NCBI RefSeq assembly: GCF_048593235.1
Contig: NC_133617.1
Location: 530,018,958 to 530,082,957 of the forward strand
Length of the DNA stretch: 64,000 bases
Direction of reading: 5' to 3'
Origin: Sminthopsis crassicaudata
Lineage: Eukaryota
The stretch's first letter is position 1, and every line of letters begins with the position of its first letter. Shown here piece by piece: positions 1 through 12,309 of the stretch. A program made the translations under genes and the position numbers. Below the pieces are notes generated by a model that ran no database searches, was not told the DNA's origin, and saw nothing but the letters and a program-made list of their open reading frames with translations.

Positions 1-169
1 TTGAAGGAACAGCTAGAGAATTGGCAAAGAACATTCAGTACAAATTGAAAGGGTACATAAAGATGTAGAAGGATTTTGAGACATTGACTAGAGGTCATAA
101 TGGTAAGCATAAATGGTTTTGGTTTTCTCAACAAAGTGGGAGTCATGGCCAGTACTCAGAGGGGCTTGA

Positions 170-310
170 TTCTGAACATGCTCTACAATATCAACTCTCT
201 TTCCCAAAATGTAGTGCCCAGTGCTGCATCCAGGACTTCAGATATGGGTAGGATAATCATCTTCCTTATTCTGAAGATGTTGATAGTAGGTTAATGGACT
301 AGCAAGGATA
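170..310 (-). mobile_element. CR1/L3 LINE fragment
   Basis: cccaaaatgtagtgcccag...ttcagatatgg resembles the reverse-strand CR1 ORF2 3' region. Confidence 0.5.
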
Positions 311-1332
311 TAGTCTAATTGAGGAATAAACTAAATTACTCTCCTCAAAAAAAAAATCTCTAAATCTAACAGAAATTAGAAAGTCCATTCAACCAGTATT
401 TATAAACGCCTTCTAGGTGCTGGGCACTGCGGACACAAAGAAAAAATTAAATAGTTCACTTATGTCACTCCCAAAATATGCGCTGTAGTCATTCTCTAGA
501 AATGCCCAGTGATGGCTCTAGCATTCTTTCTCCTTTGGCTGGAGTGGTGCCATTGTGCTTCTCAGTCTTCAGCTACAACATTCAGACTGTGGAGAGGGGC
601 TGGGGCTGGAAAGGGTTCCCATTTCACCTCTGCCTCTTAGCATTCCTAGTCTTTTTCAAAGGTCAGCCCCAGTGCCTTCTTCCACTTACTACAAGAAATG
701 GCATAATGGGAAGAAAAGAATGGCTACTCTTTTCTTCAGCCCTCTCCCTTGACCTAGCTGGCCATTTTCCGCTGGGGAATCAGGATGGAAAGAATCACGA
801 CCCTAACTCACCCATGGGGTATCCTTAGCCTCCAACCTTCCTGCTAAGTTCATCCCCATTCCTGATTGAACAATGACTTTCTTCGTCAAACCCATTTCTG
901 TGAGAAGAAAGCCATTTCTCTCAGACCCACTCCCTGCTTCTTAGTTGTGGACTGGGTTTCTTTAGCTGCCTTGCTTTCTCCACCTACAGAATAGATATAA
1001 TTCCCAGTTATCTCTTGGAGGAGCTGAGAATGACCAGCTAAAACCCTTTCATTAAGACTGAGGAACACCAGTGTTATCTTCAGCTGTGCAACTTTACAAG
1101 TCTTATCATCATCCTTGCTACAACATCTGATGGATAGTAACCTGTTGACGCACCCTAAGGACACTTGGGTCTTGTTATCTTCCCTTTCCACTGAATTCAG
1201 GATTTTCAGGCCTTTCTGGTAACCTTAGAGCCTGCTAAATCCTTCTACATGTATCTTTTCCTCCAATGTAACCTTCCCAGCTCTTACCTTTTTTGTGTTA
1301 AGACATAGTGTTTGGCATATAATGAGTGCTTA

Positions 1333-1545
1333 AGAGGCAGATAATGGATAGAATGGCAGGCCTGGAATCAGGAAGATATGACTTCAAATCTTACTTTGAA
1401 CATTTACACCAGCTTTTACTTTCTTTTTGCCTTATTCTGTATTCTTATTTGTAAAGTGGGGATAATATCATCTAGCCTTTAAGATTGTTGTGAGGATAAA
1501 AGAAATATTTGTCAATCACTCAGTCATATAGCAAGTGCTATTAGC
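1333..1545 (+). mobile_element. MIR-type CORE-SINE
   Basis: tRNA-like head (ggatagaatggcaggcctggaatcaggaag), core (gtaaagtggggataata) and tail (tgtgaggataaa). Confidence 0.65.
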
Positions 1546-2139
1546 TATTATTACTATTATCAATAATTTTTTTGGTGAGGCAATTAGGGTAAAAGTGACT
1601 TACCCAGAGTCACACAGCTAATTAGAATTAAGTGTCTGAGACTGGATTTGAAATGTTGTCAGCCTTATAAAGTGGATACTCTTTGAGGGAAAGGACTATT
1701 TAAGTTTTTCTTTGTATCCACAGTGCCTACCACCTAGCATGAAAGACACTTTATAAATGCTGCTTGAGTGAACTTTTTAATTTCTGCCAGATTCAGAGAT
1801 TTTGGAGAATAATTTAAATTTTATTCTTCAATTAGACTATATCTTTGCTAGAAAGGCTTTTGTATTTTCATTTTCCCTTGGAATTTCACTGAAATAGGAA
1901 ATTCCTGACAGAGAAACTCTCTCTTTCATTACAGAGCAGTACCTGCTCTTATATTCTTGAACTGTTACTGGGCATACAGGATGATTAAATGATTTATCTA
2001 GGATCACACAGCCAGGAAGTTATCACAGCTATCCCAGTTTCAATGTTAATTCTCTTTCTGCTATGATATTCTACCTCTCATCAGAAAACCATATAGAAAG
2101 AAAATATTTTTTTCATAGAATGTTTTCAACTGTGAAGAC

Positions 2140-2400
2140 TGTCTCATTTCAATTAGGGCTGATGCTTAATCCTTTGAGTCATATGTCCATGACTTTATTT
2201 GGGGTTTTCTTGGCAAATATATTGGAAAGGTCTGGCATTTCCTTCTCCTGCCCATTTTACAGAGGAGTAAATTAAGACAAACAGGGCTAAGTGACTTGGT
2301 CAAGGTCACACAACTACTAAGTATCTGAGGCCAGATTTGAACTCATGAATGTGAGCCTTCCTGACTTCAAGCCTGGCACTCTATCCACTGTGTCAAGGTA
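2140..2400 (-). mobile_element. Mar1-like CORE-SINE with RTE-type tail
   Basis: ttttcttggcaaatatattgga...cccattttacagag...aagtgactt...gaggccagatttgaactc. Confidence 0.7.
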
Positions 2401-3162
2401 GGCTTGAATAAAAGTGTCATTTATCACTCTCATGTGTCCATTTCCACAGACAAGAAGTCTACATTCAACTGCAGAAATTGGTTCTTGGGCTCTCTGGGTT
2501 GACAGAGCCTTCCTGGTTTCCTTGTACTATCTTGCTCCTTCCCCACAGAAGAAAGAAAAAGAATCCAGTTCTGAAATAGAATGTTTTCTTCTTTCCATTC
2601 TTCAGGCAGTCATTATATTTAAAAAGACCAGCAGCTGTGTAGGAATGATTAATGAGGGACAGCCTGACTAAAGCAGAGATCACTGATTGTCAACACAACC
2701 CAAGCCTTGCTGTATAAAGTAATTATTAACCGTAAGATTCACTTAGGCAACTATTAACATGTAAACCTGTTTCACCCAACCAGAAAGGTTGGTAATTAGA
2801 GTGAATTGAGAGATTGAACAGGTAACAGAGAATGTGAATGTATAACTGACCAGGGAGGGGTAACTATTCATGAATGTTTGGGTTGTTACCTAAGGAATGG
2901 CCAAATCAAGTGTTTTAAACGTGAGGCATAGAGACTCAAAAGCAAAGTTAGAGGGAGGTCACGAGATTTGGAATATGAAGGTACATTAGGGATCATCTGG
3001 TTCAGCTTTCTCATTTTAGAGATGAGAGTCAGGAAGACCTGAGTTGAAATCTAGTCTCAGATACTTACTAGCTGTGTGATCCTGGGCAAGTCTTCATGTC
3101 TGTTTGGAATCAAGTGTAGATTAGAGTTTATGATTTACAGCCTGACCAGGTTGTGTACCCAT

Positions 3163-3315
3163 CAGGGGGTCTTAGCTTGGGGCCTGTGAAGTTTTTTTTA
3201 AGAGTTTGATAAGCTCAATATAATTGATTTCTTTCAAAATTTGATGTATCTTATTTTGTGCATTTGGCAATATTGCCAAAGAAGTCCATGTTTCACAAAA
3301 AGATCAAGAACTCTG
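3163..3315 (+). mobile_element. hAT-Charlie-type MITE (Charlie4z-like)
   Basis: CAG...CTG termini, degenerate TIRs (cagggggtcttag / caagaactctg); same family as 42808-42994. Confidence 0.55.
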
Positions 3316-4239
3316 CTTAAAGACTGTTTCTAGAGCTCTAGGATGAAAGCTAGAGGTGGTTGAGAGTATGGTAGTTGCCTGGAAGCACAAAACTTTATTG
3401 TTTATGGGTAAAATTGAGGAATAAATGAAGTTCCATTTCCATTTTTGTTGTTGTTGTTTTTAATCAAGATGTGTTCATAGCTGAGAAATCAATCTTTACT
3501 ATATATCCAGGAGGTGGTTGAAGTGATAGTAGTTCATCTCAATCTTTTTTATCTCAAAAATATTTTTGAGTTATCTGTACTCTGAGAGCCACTGAACTTG
3601 TAGTTTATGGTTTTCCTGAGTAAAAACTATTATGAGAATGGATATGCCTTCCGATGACACTCCCAGGTTCAAGGAGAAATGAGGTTTTGGAGAATGAAAT
3701 GAATCAAAATGGATAATTTGTTTGTAGAGAATTGTGGGGTTGGTGCCAAAGGAAGTGAAGAATCCTGAGGAATATAGGGAATGGGGCCTCTGTGACTTTC
3801 ACTTAAGTGGGTGATCTAAGATCTAAGATGGGAATTTCCTCTTGCCAGTTATGGCTATCATGAGAGGTCTCAGGTGATCAGGTAAATCTCAGGGAGAATG
3901 GCTCAATTCATAGAAGTCCTAAAGTGGCCCTTCACTTAGATAAACCTTTCCCTTCTGTATTGGGAGATGAAAGCAGGTACAAAATTAGTGTTTGGATATA
4001 TTAACCCTGATTGACCCCTCTTTCACCAAAATTAAATGGAATGACGGATTTCTCCTTGGGTCTGAGAGCTGTGGGAGTGTAAGAGACAATTTCAGAGAGT
4101 TGCTTAACTGCTCATTTCCTTGGAACAACCTTGGTTAAGGTCTAATCTTAACAATTTATGGCACATGGATGTGACTATTCTTCAAGAAAAGCCAAAGGGA
4201 TGGTTTTAGAGAAGCCTAGGAAGATTTGTATGAACTAGG

Positions 4240-4585
4240 CATAAAAAGTGAACAGAACCCTAAAGTGAACAGAACCAGGAGAACAATTTATAACAAGAAC
4301 ACTGTAAAAGTAAACAAATCTGAAAGATTTTAAAATGCTGGTTAATGCAATGATCAACCATGATTCAGAGGACAGATCCATTGAAACATAATACCTACTT
4401 CCAACTCGAGAGATGATGGATTCAAGATGTAGAATAAGCATATACTTTTAGACATGATCAATGTAGAAATTTGTTTTGCTTGATAATCATATTTTTACAA
4501 AGGTTTCCTTTTTGTTTTGAAATTAAAAGGGAATTAGAAAGAAAATAAATATTTGTTAATTGAATAAAATAAAATTTAAAAAATT
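4240..4585 (+). mobile_element. Old marsupial L1 3' end
   Basis: gaacaatttataac...tgatggattcaagatg...gacatgatcaatgtagaaatttgttttgcttga, then an A-rich tail. Confidence 0.65.
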
Positions 4586-5059
4586 TCAAGTCTCAGTCTA
4601 GCTGCTTACTGAGGCCCCAGGTAGTCTGTGCAGCCCAACTCATATTTGTCTGAGTTTAAGTCTGAGTGAAAATTTCAGTGTATTTGTGACAAAGAGGTAA
4701 GTGATTCCTGGGACATGTTGTGAAGTAAGATAATTGAGTCTTTTGGCTTTACTTAACTTTTTTGGAAAGTACATCCCAAGGGATCACTCATTTGGGGGTA
4801 AGAGAAAGATAGATAGTATATCCTGAAATGACTGTTTAGATAAAACAGAACAGACAAGACTTGGAAGGCTTCAGACAGATCCTGAAAGCCATGAACACAT
4901 CCTGGTCCCAGTCCAAAATTGGGGATTTCTCCCTCTCCCATGCTTAGAGACTGCCACTGGTGAATTATGGGGTTAGCTGATTGAAAGGGTCTGATAAATA
5001 ATATATGTTCATCAAGTATGGATTTAAGGTTGGGAGGAAGGTATCAGTGAGTTTAGAAC

Positions 5060-5310
5060 AGCTAAATGGCTCAGTGGCTAGAATATTCAGTCTAGAGTCA
5101 AGAAGACTTATTTTCTGAGTTCAAATCCAGCTGCAGTTGCTTACTAGTTGTGAGACCCTGGGCAAGTCAATTAATCTTGTTTGCTTCAATTTCCTCATCT
5201 ATAAAATGAGGCGGAGAAGGCAATGGAAAACCACACCACTATTTTCTGCCAAGAAAATACCAAATGGGGGTCACCAAGAATTGGACACGACTGAAACAAC
5301 AATAATGAAA
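5060..5310 (+). mobile_element. Mar1-like CORE-SINE
   Basis: Head, core, and RTE-type tail ggagaaggcaatggaaaaccac...ttggacacgactgaaacaac. Confidence 0.8.
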
Positions 5311-5507
5311 ACAAAATCAGTAAATTTAGGGAAACTCAGCAGGTGAGATTGTGCAAATTTGGCAACAAAGAGGGTTTCAGAAAAGGAGGAACAAAAATTC
5401 CTTTCTGAACTATCCAGAGATATCTTATCTAAACTTTGTTTTTATCTTAGCACCTAACTCACTCTCCACACATACCCCACTCCTAACCTGCACCTGTGTG
5501 GGCGTGT

Positions 5508-5511
<4 letters not shown>

Positions 5512-5552
<41 letters not shown>
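5512..5552. repeat. (AC)n microsatellite
   Basis: Direct. Confidence 0.95.
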
Positions 5553-5555
<3 letters not shown>

Positions 5556-6115
5556 ATTTAAATATTTGTTGATAGTGAATTGAACTGAATTGAACAAGCT
5601 GGAGTCAGCATCAAGGAATCAAAATTATGTAGGAAGAAACAGACTGACATTAATTCAATAAATTCATTCAAAGATCAGAGATTGAACATTTGAGGGAGAC
5701 AAGATGAATAAAATGCATTTTTTATCCTCTTGAAAGTCTCTTAGTTTAATGAGCAGTCACTGCACTCATTGGGTAGCCATTTTGGCTGGACATCAAAATA
5801 CTGTTGTCCAAGTCTCCAGGATTGTTTGTTTGTTTGTTTGTTTGTTTTAGAATACTTTAGGTTTTTTTTTTTTTTTAATGAAACTTTTTATATGGTCTTT
5901 GGAACATTGTTACAGTCTGCATCCAGGATCATGGATATAAGAATAAGTGCGATTTCTACGCTTTTCTCTAGTTTCATTCAGTTCCTTATCTGTTAGCACT
6001 TCAGGAATTCACAGAATGCACACAGAGAAGGAATTCTTGGCAAACATGAGTACACACCAAGTTGTTCTTTCTTTTTTTTTTTAAATCTGTAAAAGTCTCT
6101 GAGTGAAATGGGGAG

Positions 6116-7600
6116 AAAATAATTAGTTGATATGGAAATGTTTTACATGATTGCATATGTACAAACTTTATCAGATTTCTAATCATCTTACAAAGGAGAA
6201 GGGAAGGCAGGAAGGGATAGAATTTGGAACTCAAAACTTAAAATAAAAGTTTAAAAATTACTTTTACATGTCTTTGGGAAAAATAAAATATTATTACTAG
6301 AAAGCAAAATAAAATAACTGCGAGAAAGACCTGGAGTCTTAAAGGTGAAGTAAGTAGATCCAAGTGAACATTGTACACAGCAACAATAAGATTATGTGAT
6401 GATTAACTGTGATGGACTTGGCTCTTTTCAACAGTGAGATGATTAGGGCCAATTCCCATAGAGTTGTGATGGAGAGAGCCATCTGCACCCAGAGAGAGGA
6501 TTATGGGGACTGAATGGGGATCACAACAGAATATTATTTATTTATTTATTTATTTATTTTTACCATTTTTGTTGTTGTTTGCTTGCTTGTTTTTCTTTCT
6601 CATATTTTTTCTTTTTGATCTTATTTCTCTTGTGCAGAATGATAAATGTGGAAATATGTTTAGAAGAATTACACATGTTTAACCTATGCTGGATTAGTTG
6701 CTGTCTAGAAGAGGGGGGAGGCAGGGAAAGAGGAGAAAAATTTAAATGCAAAGTTTTGCATGGTGAATGTTGAAAACTATCTTACATGTATTTTGAAAAA
6801 TAAGAAGCTATTAGTATAAAAAATAAAATAAATAAAATAATTGTAAATAGTATAAAAAGAAAAAATAATTAGTTGATAATGGAAATATTTTGCATGATTG
6901 CACATGTACAAACTATATTAGATTTTTTACCATCTCAGGAAAGGAAGATAGAAGGGATGAAGGGATAGAATTAAGAACTCAAAACTTAAAAAAAAATTAA
7001 AATCATTTCAACGTGTAATTGAGAAAAATAAAATATTATTAGAAAAAAATGACTGTCAACATTATAAAAAATAATTAATTGAAATCCTAACAAATATATA
7101 ATTTCCATTTGGATAATGTTTTAACATTTTCAAAATATCTTCCTTTAGAACTCATGAGATGCTTTAATTAATTTAGTTAATTTAATTAATGTTTTAATAT
7201 CTGCATTTTAAGAAGAGATAGCAGCTACAGAAAAGAGCTGCCCAATTCCAATAGACTTGTGATAGAAAAAGCTATCTACATTCCAAGAGAGAATGATGAC
7301 GACTGTATATAGATCAAAGCATAATATTTTCACCTTTTTTTGGTGGTTGTTGTTTGTTTTTCTCTTTCTCATGTTTTTCTCCTTTGATTTAACTTTTCTT
7401 GTGCAGCGTAACAAATATGGAAATATTTTTAGAAGAATGGCACATGTTTAACCTATACCAATTTACTTACTGCCTTAGGGGAGGAGGAAGAGAGGGAGAA
7501 AAATTTGTTACACAAGGTCTTACAAAGGAGGATGTTAAAAACTATCTTTGCATGTATTTGGAAAAATAAGATACTATTAATTAAAAAGAAAAAAGAAAGA
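6116..7600 (+). mobile_element. Cluster of four L1 3'-end fragments (6116-6320, ~6330-6830, 6862-7055, ~7215-7600), antisense to the gene
   Basis: Repeated L1 3'UTR motifs (gtgatggagagagccatc, acatgtttaacctat, catgtattttgaaaaataa) with A-rich tails. Confidence 0.75.
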
Positions 7601-7791
7601 AAAGTTCTGCCCAGTAGAGAATGGGATTCTAACCCAGATCTCTGAGTTCCATGAATAATAAGCATACTCCACTGCCCTTTGCCTCTCTTCCCAGCTGGGA
7701 AGAAACAGTTTCTATTAGAAGTTTAGAACAATGACAGTGTTCTCCAATCCAGAAAAGTAAATGATCAGGTGTATCCTTTGCTTCATTGTAC

Positions 7792-7910
7792 CTTATTTAT
7801 GTTGATGTGAAGAGCAGGCCAAGGGGAAGCTACCTTGGAGGTTTCCATTTCCATCTTCTTCAAGTGGGCAGCAGCTTCGTTGTAAAGAATGGGAGGTCCT
7901 GGGCTCAGTT
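7792..7910 (-). CDS. EPB41L4B: EPB41L4B long-isoform exon, 119 bp: (K)LSPGPPILYNEAAAHLKKMEMETSKVASPWPALHININK
   Basis: ttttttctctttag|AACTGAGC...AATAAG|gtacaa; matches recalled human KLSPGTPALFSEAAAHLKKLELE...WPPLHININK. Confidence 0.94.
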
Positions 7911-8044
7911 CTAAAGAGAAAAAAAAATTCATAGAGTAAAGCAATTTGAAAAAAAATTAGGTTTTTAAATTAATTTACTATTTTAAGTAATTAATAAATT
8001 AGCTCATTAAACTGAACCATTGGGACAAACTTAGGAAATCATTT

Positions 8045-8315
8045 GACGTTCAGTTGTTTCAGTCATGTTCTATTCTTTATGACCCCATTTGGGTTTTTTT
8101 TGGCAAAGATACTGGAGTAGTTTGCCATTTTCTTCTCCAGCTGCTTTTACAAATGAGGAAACTGAGGCCAACATTGTTTTTTGGTTTTGTTTATTTTTTT
8201 CCCAGCAATTGAGGTTAAGTGACCTGCCCAGGATCACGCAGCTAGGAAGTGTCTGTAGCCAGATTGACTTCAGGTCCCCCTGTCTTCAGGGCTTGCATCA
8301 AGGGTGTACCCTGGC
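8045..8315 (-). mobile_element. Mar1-like CORE-SINE with an internal short-SINE piece
   Basis: ttggcaaagatactggagtagtttgccattttcttctccagc...gaggaaactgaggc. Confidence 0.75.
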
Positions 8316-9009
8316 CACGTTTTGCCCCTGACCCACAACCCCATCTCTTAATGAGCTCTAGGGAGATATCAGGATTAACTAGCTGAACCAGGGCAGGACA
8401 TCCCTCGAACTCAAGAGAAGTTTTGGGTAGTGGTTAGAGGATACTTCTGGACCCTAGATTTCTACTGGTGAAACATTGGAAATTCTAGAATAAACTAGAT
8501 CTTCTTACAACTCCCAGAAATCAGTAAAGATCTTGAAAAGATCCCAAGTCTCTTAACAGAGGAACTGGAAAGGCAGTGAAAGAGTGTAAAAAAAAAAAAA
8601 AAACCCACAAGACTGAGATTGGCTTTGCCTCATAGACCGGGAAGTAGTATGGAGGGCAGGGGCTGGCCATGGGGTCAGAAAGATTTGAATTCAAGTCCAG
8701 CAGCAGACATTATTTGTGCGGCCCTGGGCAAGTCACTTAACTCTATTTGCCTATTTCTTCATCTGTTAAATGGGGAAATAATACTGCCTATGTAACAAGG
8801 CAGTTGTAAGGATTAAATAAGATAATATTTGTAAAGCACTTTGTCAACCTGAAAGCACTGTGTAAATTTTATTGTTATTAATAACTTAGAATCATAGCCT
8901 TTTAAAGCAGAAAAAGACTTTAGAAGCTATCTCATCCAACTTTCTTGTTTTAGAGATGAGGGTACTGAAGTCATAGTATCAGAGGCAGGGAGAGAACCCA
9001 AATGACACA

Positions 9010-9210
9010 TTCTCCTTTCTCTCTCTCTGTCTCTCTGTCTTTGTGTTTTTCTCTATCTCTCTATCTCTGTGTGTATCTCCCTGTCTTTCCTCTCTCTGTG
9101 TTTCTGTCTCTGTGTGTATGTATGTCTCTTTGTCTCTGTGTGTGTCTCTCTTTCTGGTCCTCTCTTTCTTCTGTCTCTGTTTCTTTCTCTCTGTCTCTAT
9201 CTCTTTCTCC
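9010..9210. repeat. TC/TG-rich low-complexity tract
   Basis: Direct; explains three overlapping ORFs in the track. Confidence 0.9.
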
Positions 9211-9299
9211 TCTAGAAAATCCTTTTTGTGAAAATGACTTCAACTAATGCAGATCAATAATGTCAACAATGTCACAACATAAGTCACAGAAATTATAAG

Positions 9300-9780
9300 A
9301 GAAAGTTAGTGGCTCAGTGTATAGAAGGCTGAGCTTGTAATAATAAAAAAAAAAACTGAATTCAAATCCAGTCTTGGACTTTTCCTAGCTGTACGATTCT
9401 AGGCAAGTCACTTAACCTCTATGTTTTTCAGTTTCCTCTATTGTAGAATGAAAAAAAAAATATGATCTACCTTACAGAGTTTTTGTGAGGATCAAATGAG
9501 ATTTTTTTTCATTTTTATTAAAGCTTTTTATTTTCAAAACATGCATAGACAATTTTCAACATTCATCCATGCAAAACTCTATGTTCCAAATTTTCCCTTC
9601 CTTCTCCCCATCCCTCCCCTAGATATCAAGTAATATGTTAAACATGTACAATTCTTCTATATATATATATTTTTTCACAATTATCATGGTGCACAAGAAA
9701 AAATGAGATAAAACTTGTAAAAGCATTGAGCACATATAGTAAACATGTAGTACATGCTACTTAAATGCTTCATTCCTTCC
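9300..9780 (+). mobile_element. MIR-type SINE interrupted by a minus-strand L1 3' end (~9502-9700)
   Basis: SINE head and core, then ttattaaagctttttattttcaaaac...; aaatgagat occurs on both sides as a possible TSD. Confidence 0.65.
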
Positions 9781-10479
9781 TTTCCATTATATAGCTTTGA
9801 AGATTTTCATGGGGAAATGTGAGATTCAGAGACCTGTGTGTGATACATAGACAGTATTATTCAGAGGCAGGATTTGAACACAGGTTATCCCATCTTGTCC
9901 ATTATCCCCTGGGCCACACTGTCTCTATAATATAATTTATATTCTTAATAACAAGGCTAAAGTAACTGAGTCCATAGCCGATGAACACTCTTCTAGAACT
10001 TGATTGTCATGGCCAGTACAATGACCCAAACAGCACTTTGCCCATTACATCAGCTCTGTGTTAGAAACACTACAGTGAGAATGTGGTATGGAAGTTGGCA
10101 CTATTTAGTACCCAAGACAGACTTCCCTGAGGGGATCGAGTGAGTTCTGTACACTGTGGTCATTTATTGAGACCAACAATGGCACATTGTGTCCCAGTAG
10201 GTCAAGAAATACAAGCCCCAGCAAAGAAATGAGAACATATTCTTCTGTAACCTGAGGAACACAGAATGTCCATCCCACTCCAATTATTTTTCCACTTTTG
10301 GGTCAGAGCTCCCAATAGTCTTAGGAGAATTTTGTATTTATATTTCAAACTCATCATCATTTCCCCATTGTCATCAAATAAAACAATTAAATTTAACCAT
10401 TAAACAGTCACAAGAATGATGGATTTGGCATTGAGAGGGATCTATTTGAATCATAACTGCTATTTTGCTATCTCAACTC

Positions 10480-10686
10480 TCTCCCTACTCAAATCCATTC
10501 TCCATTCAGCCACTAAAGCAGTTTTCCTAAAACAGATATGACTTTTCACCTCCCCAGCTCCTATACACAACATGCCAGTAAACTCCAATGGCTTCCTATT
10601 GCCTTTGGGATCAAATACAAAATACAGATTGGCATCCAAAGCCTTTCATAACCTAGCCATCTCCCACTTTTCTGATCTTGGGACAC
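10480..10686 (+). mobile_element. L2 LINE fragment directly downstream of the HQ exon
   Basis: taaactccaatggcttcctattgcctttgggatcaaatacaaaat...ccaaagcctttcataacctagcc. Confidence 0.65.
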
Positions 10687-10746
10687 TTTACAACAGAATT
10701 CCAATCATAAAGAAGAGATCCAGATAGTCAAGTTTAATTAACTTAC

Positions 10747-10997
10747 TACTGGGGGTTGGGATTCCGGTAGTCATCTCTTTGCTTTCAAGAGGGACTGGTA
10801 TTCCATAAGTGGAGTGGTGTTGGTGTTGGTGTTGGTGCTGGTGCTGGTGCTGGTGCTGGTGTTGGTGCTGGTGCTGATGGTGGTGATGGTGGTGATGTCT
10901 TCCTGGTACTTTGGTGGTAAATGGGGTTCCCCCATTTTCTTCAATGTTGAATAGCAGCAGATTAGAATTGTTGAGCACTGGTGAGGGCAAAGGATAA
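10747..10997 (-). CDS. EPB41L4B: EPB41L4B long-isoform exon, 251 bp: (S)YPLPSPVLNNSNLLLFNIEENGGTPFTTKVPGR-H7(QH)10H-STYGIPVPLESKEMTTGIPTPS
   Basis: ttttctatttcctgtag|TTATCCT...CCCAGTA|gtaagt; matches recalled human SYPLPSPVL...IEENGGTPF...GRHHHQHQ; phase 2 to 1. Confidence 0.9.
10814..10897 (-). repeat. Coding (CAY)7(CAR-CAC)10CAC repeat encoding a 28-residue His/Gln tract
   Basis: Read directly from the sequence. Confidence 0.97.
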
Positions 10998-11329
10998 CTA
11001 CAGGAAATAGAAAAAAGTTAGAACTTAGACAAACAAAACCCCTCAACATTCTGGTCTCTGTTTTTTCCCCAACTGAGTAACTGCTTTTTCTCAAGTGAAG
11101 AGGGGCTATAGGAAAGAAGTGATTTTTTTTTTTTTTAAGGATAATGTGTCATTCTTTAAGTTGTAATAGTGGCTCCCAATCATTCTAATTATGAGGGCAT
11201 ACACACACACACACACACACACACAAATACACATATTCAGTGATGAAGGCTAAGTAGCAATTGACTCTTTATGCAATCTCATCTAATCAAAATTTCCTCT
11301 TTCATCTAATAAAAATATCAAATAAGTAA

Positions 11330-11585
11330 ATCTAGGAGGAAAGGACCAAACTGAGACCTGTTAAAGACCTTAGCTTTAAAAGGCCGAGATCTCCCATTTC
11401 ATCCAGGACAGTTATTATGATCTACATCTGGCTACTGAGCTCAGCTGGCTCTGGATGGGAAAGTGAGGCAGGTGAGCCTGTACAACCCCTCTCACTTAAA
11501 TCCAATTCCTTTGCATCTCATGGTATCACCTCTCTGAAGTCATGGTCCTTTTTGAGAAGGAAGGACAAACAACAACAATAATAAC
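11330..11585 (+). mobile_element. RTE-related non-autonomous retroposon 3' end
   Basis: aaagtgaggcaggtgag...tcacttaaatccaattc...catggtcc...gaaggacaaacaacaacaa tail. Confidence 0.65.
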
Positions 11586-11748
11586 AACCATCACTTCTAT
11601 GAGATACACACACACACTATCTATCTATATACACACAGCATACATATGTACACAGACATTTTCATTTATTAATGTATACATGAATGTTGTTATTTTCATA
11701 TATATAGGATATACACCAATTTTCATATGTGTATATATTTATATATTG

Positions 11749-11786
<38 letters not shown>

Positions 11787-12059
11787 GTAAATCTCTATGT
11801 GTAGATAGAGAGTAGTTGTATCAATTAATTAAGGAAATATATGATGACAAAAGGCTACTATAAATTCAATAATGCTTTGAAATGAAATATTAATCACAAA
11901 AGTGAGAAGGCATGGGGTATAGTGGATAGAGAGACAGCTTGGAATCAGAAAGACCCATTTTCAGTTTCAGTCTTTGACAAACTGGCTAAGTAACCCTCGA
12001 CATTTAACCTCTCAGCTTCCCAGACAATTCTCTAAATTAGAGATGACATAGCATTTTGT

Positions 12060-12245
12060 CCTGAGGCCCCAGAACTTCCAAGTACAGACAAAAAGAGAAC
12101 AAAAAGTAGTTGGGAAATATTCAACAAAATATCACAACACAGAGATAATGTTAGTATATAGTTTTCTAAATTGATATGCACCAATAGGGATTTTAATGTA
12201 CGGTTGAGTGTCTCCTTCCTATCTCCATTTTTATTTGGGTTTGTT
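12060..12245 (-). mobile_element. hAT-type MITE fragment (family of 24243-24460)
   Basis: ttgggaaatattcaacaaaat...gataatgttagtatatagttttctaaattgatatgc, the reverse complement of the 24.3-kb copy. Confidence 0.5.
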
Positions 12246-12309
12246 GCACTGCTCTATAGTAAAAAAAAATCACAATACTGGGTTTTTTTTTTTTTTTTTT
12301 TTTTTTAGT

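Noticed and set aside
718-760. GCTGAAGAAAAG on the minus strand, resembling the start of the next expected long-isoform exon (AEEK...)
   Set aside because: The preceding sequence is purine-rich (gggagagg) and the downstream translation does not resemble the expected peptide. The next exon probably lies left of the window.
10771-11094. 107-aa ORF with a Thr/Ser-rich repeat
   Set aside because: It is an alternative reading frame of the HQ repeat; the real frame is fixed by splice phases and homology.
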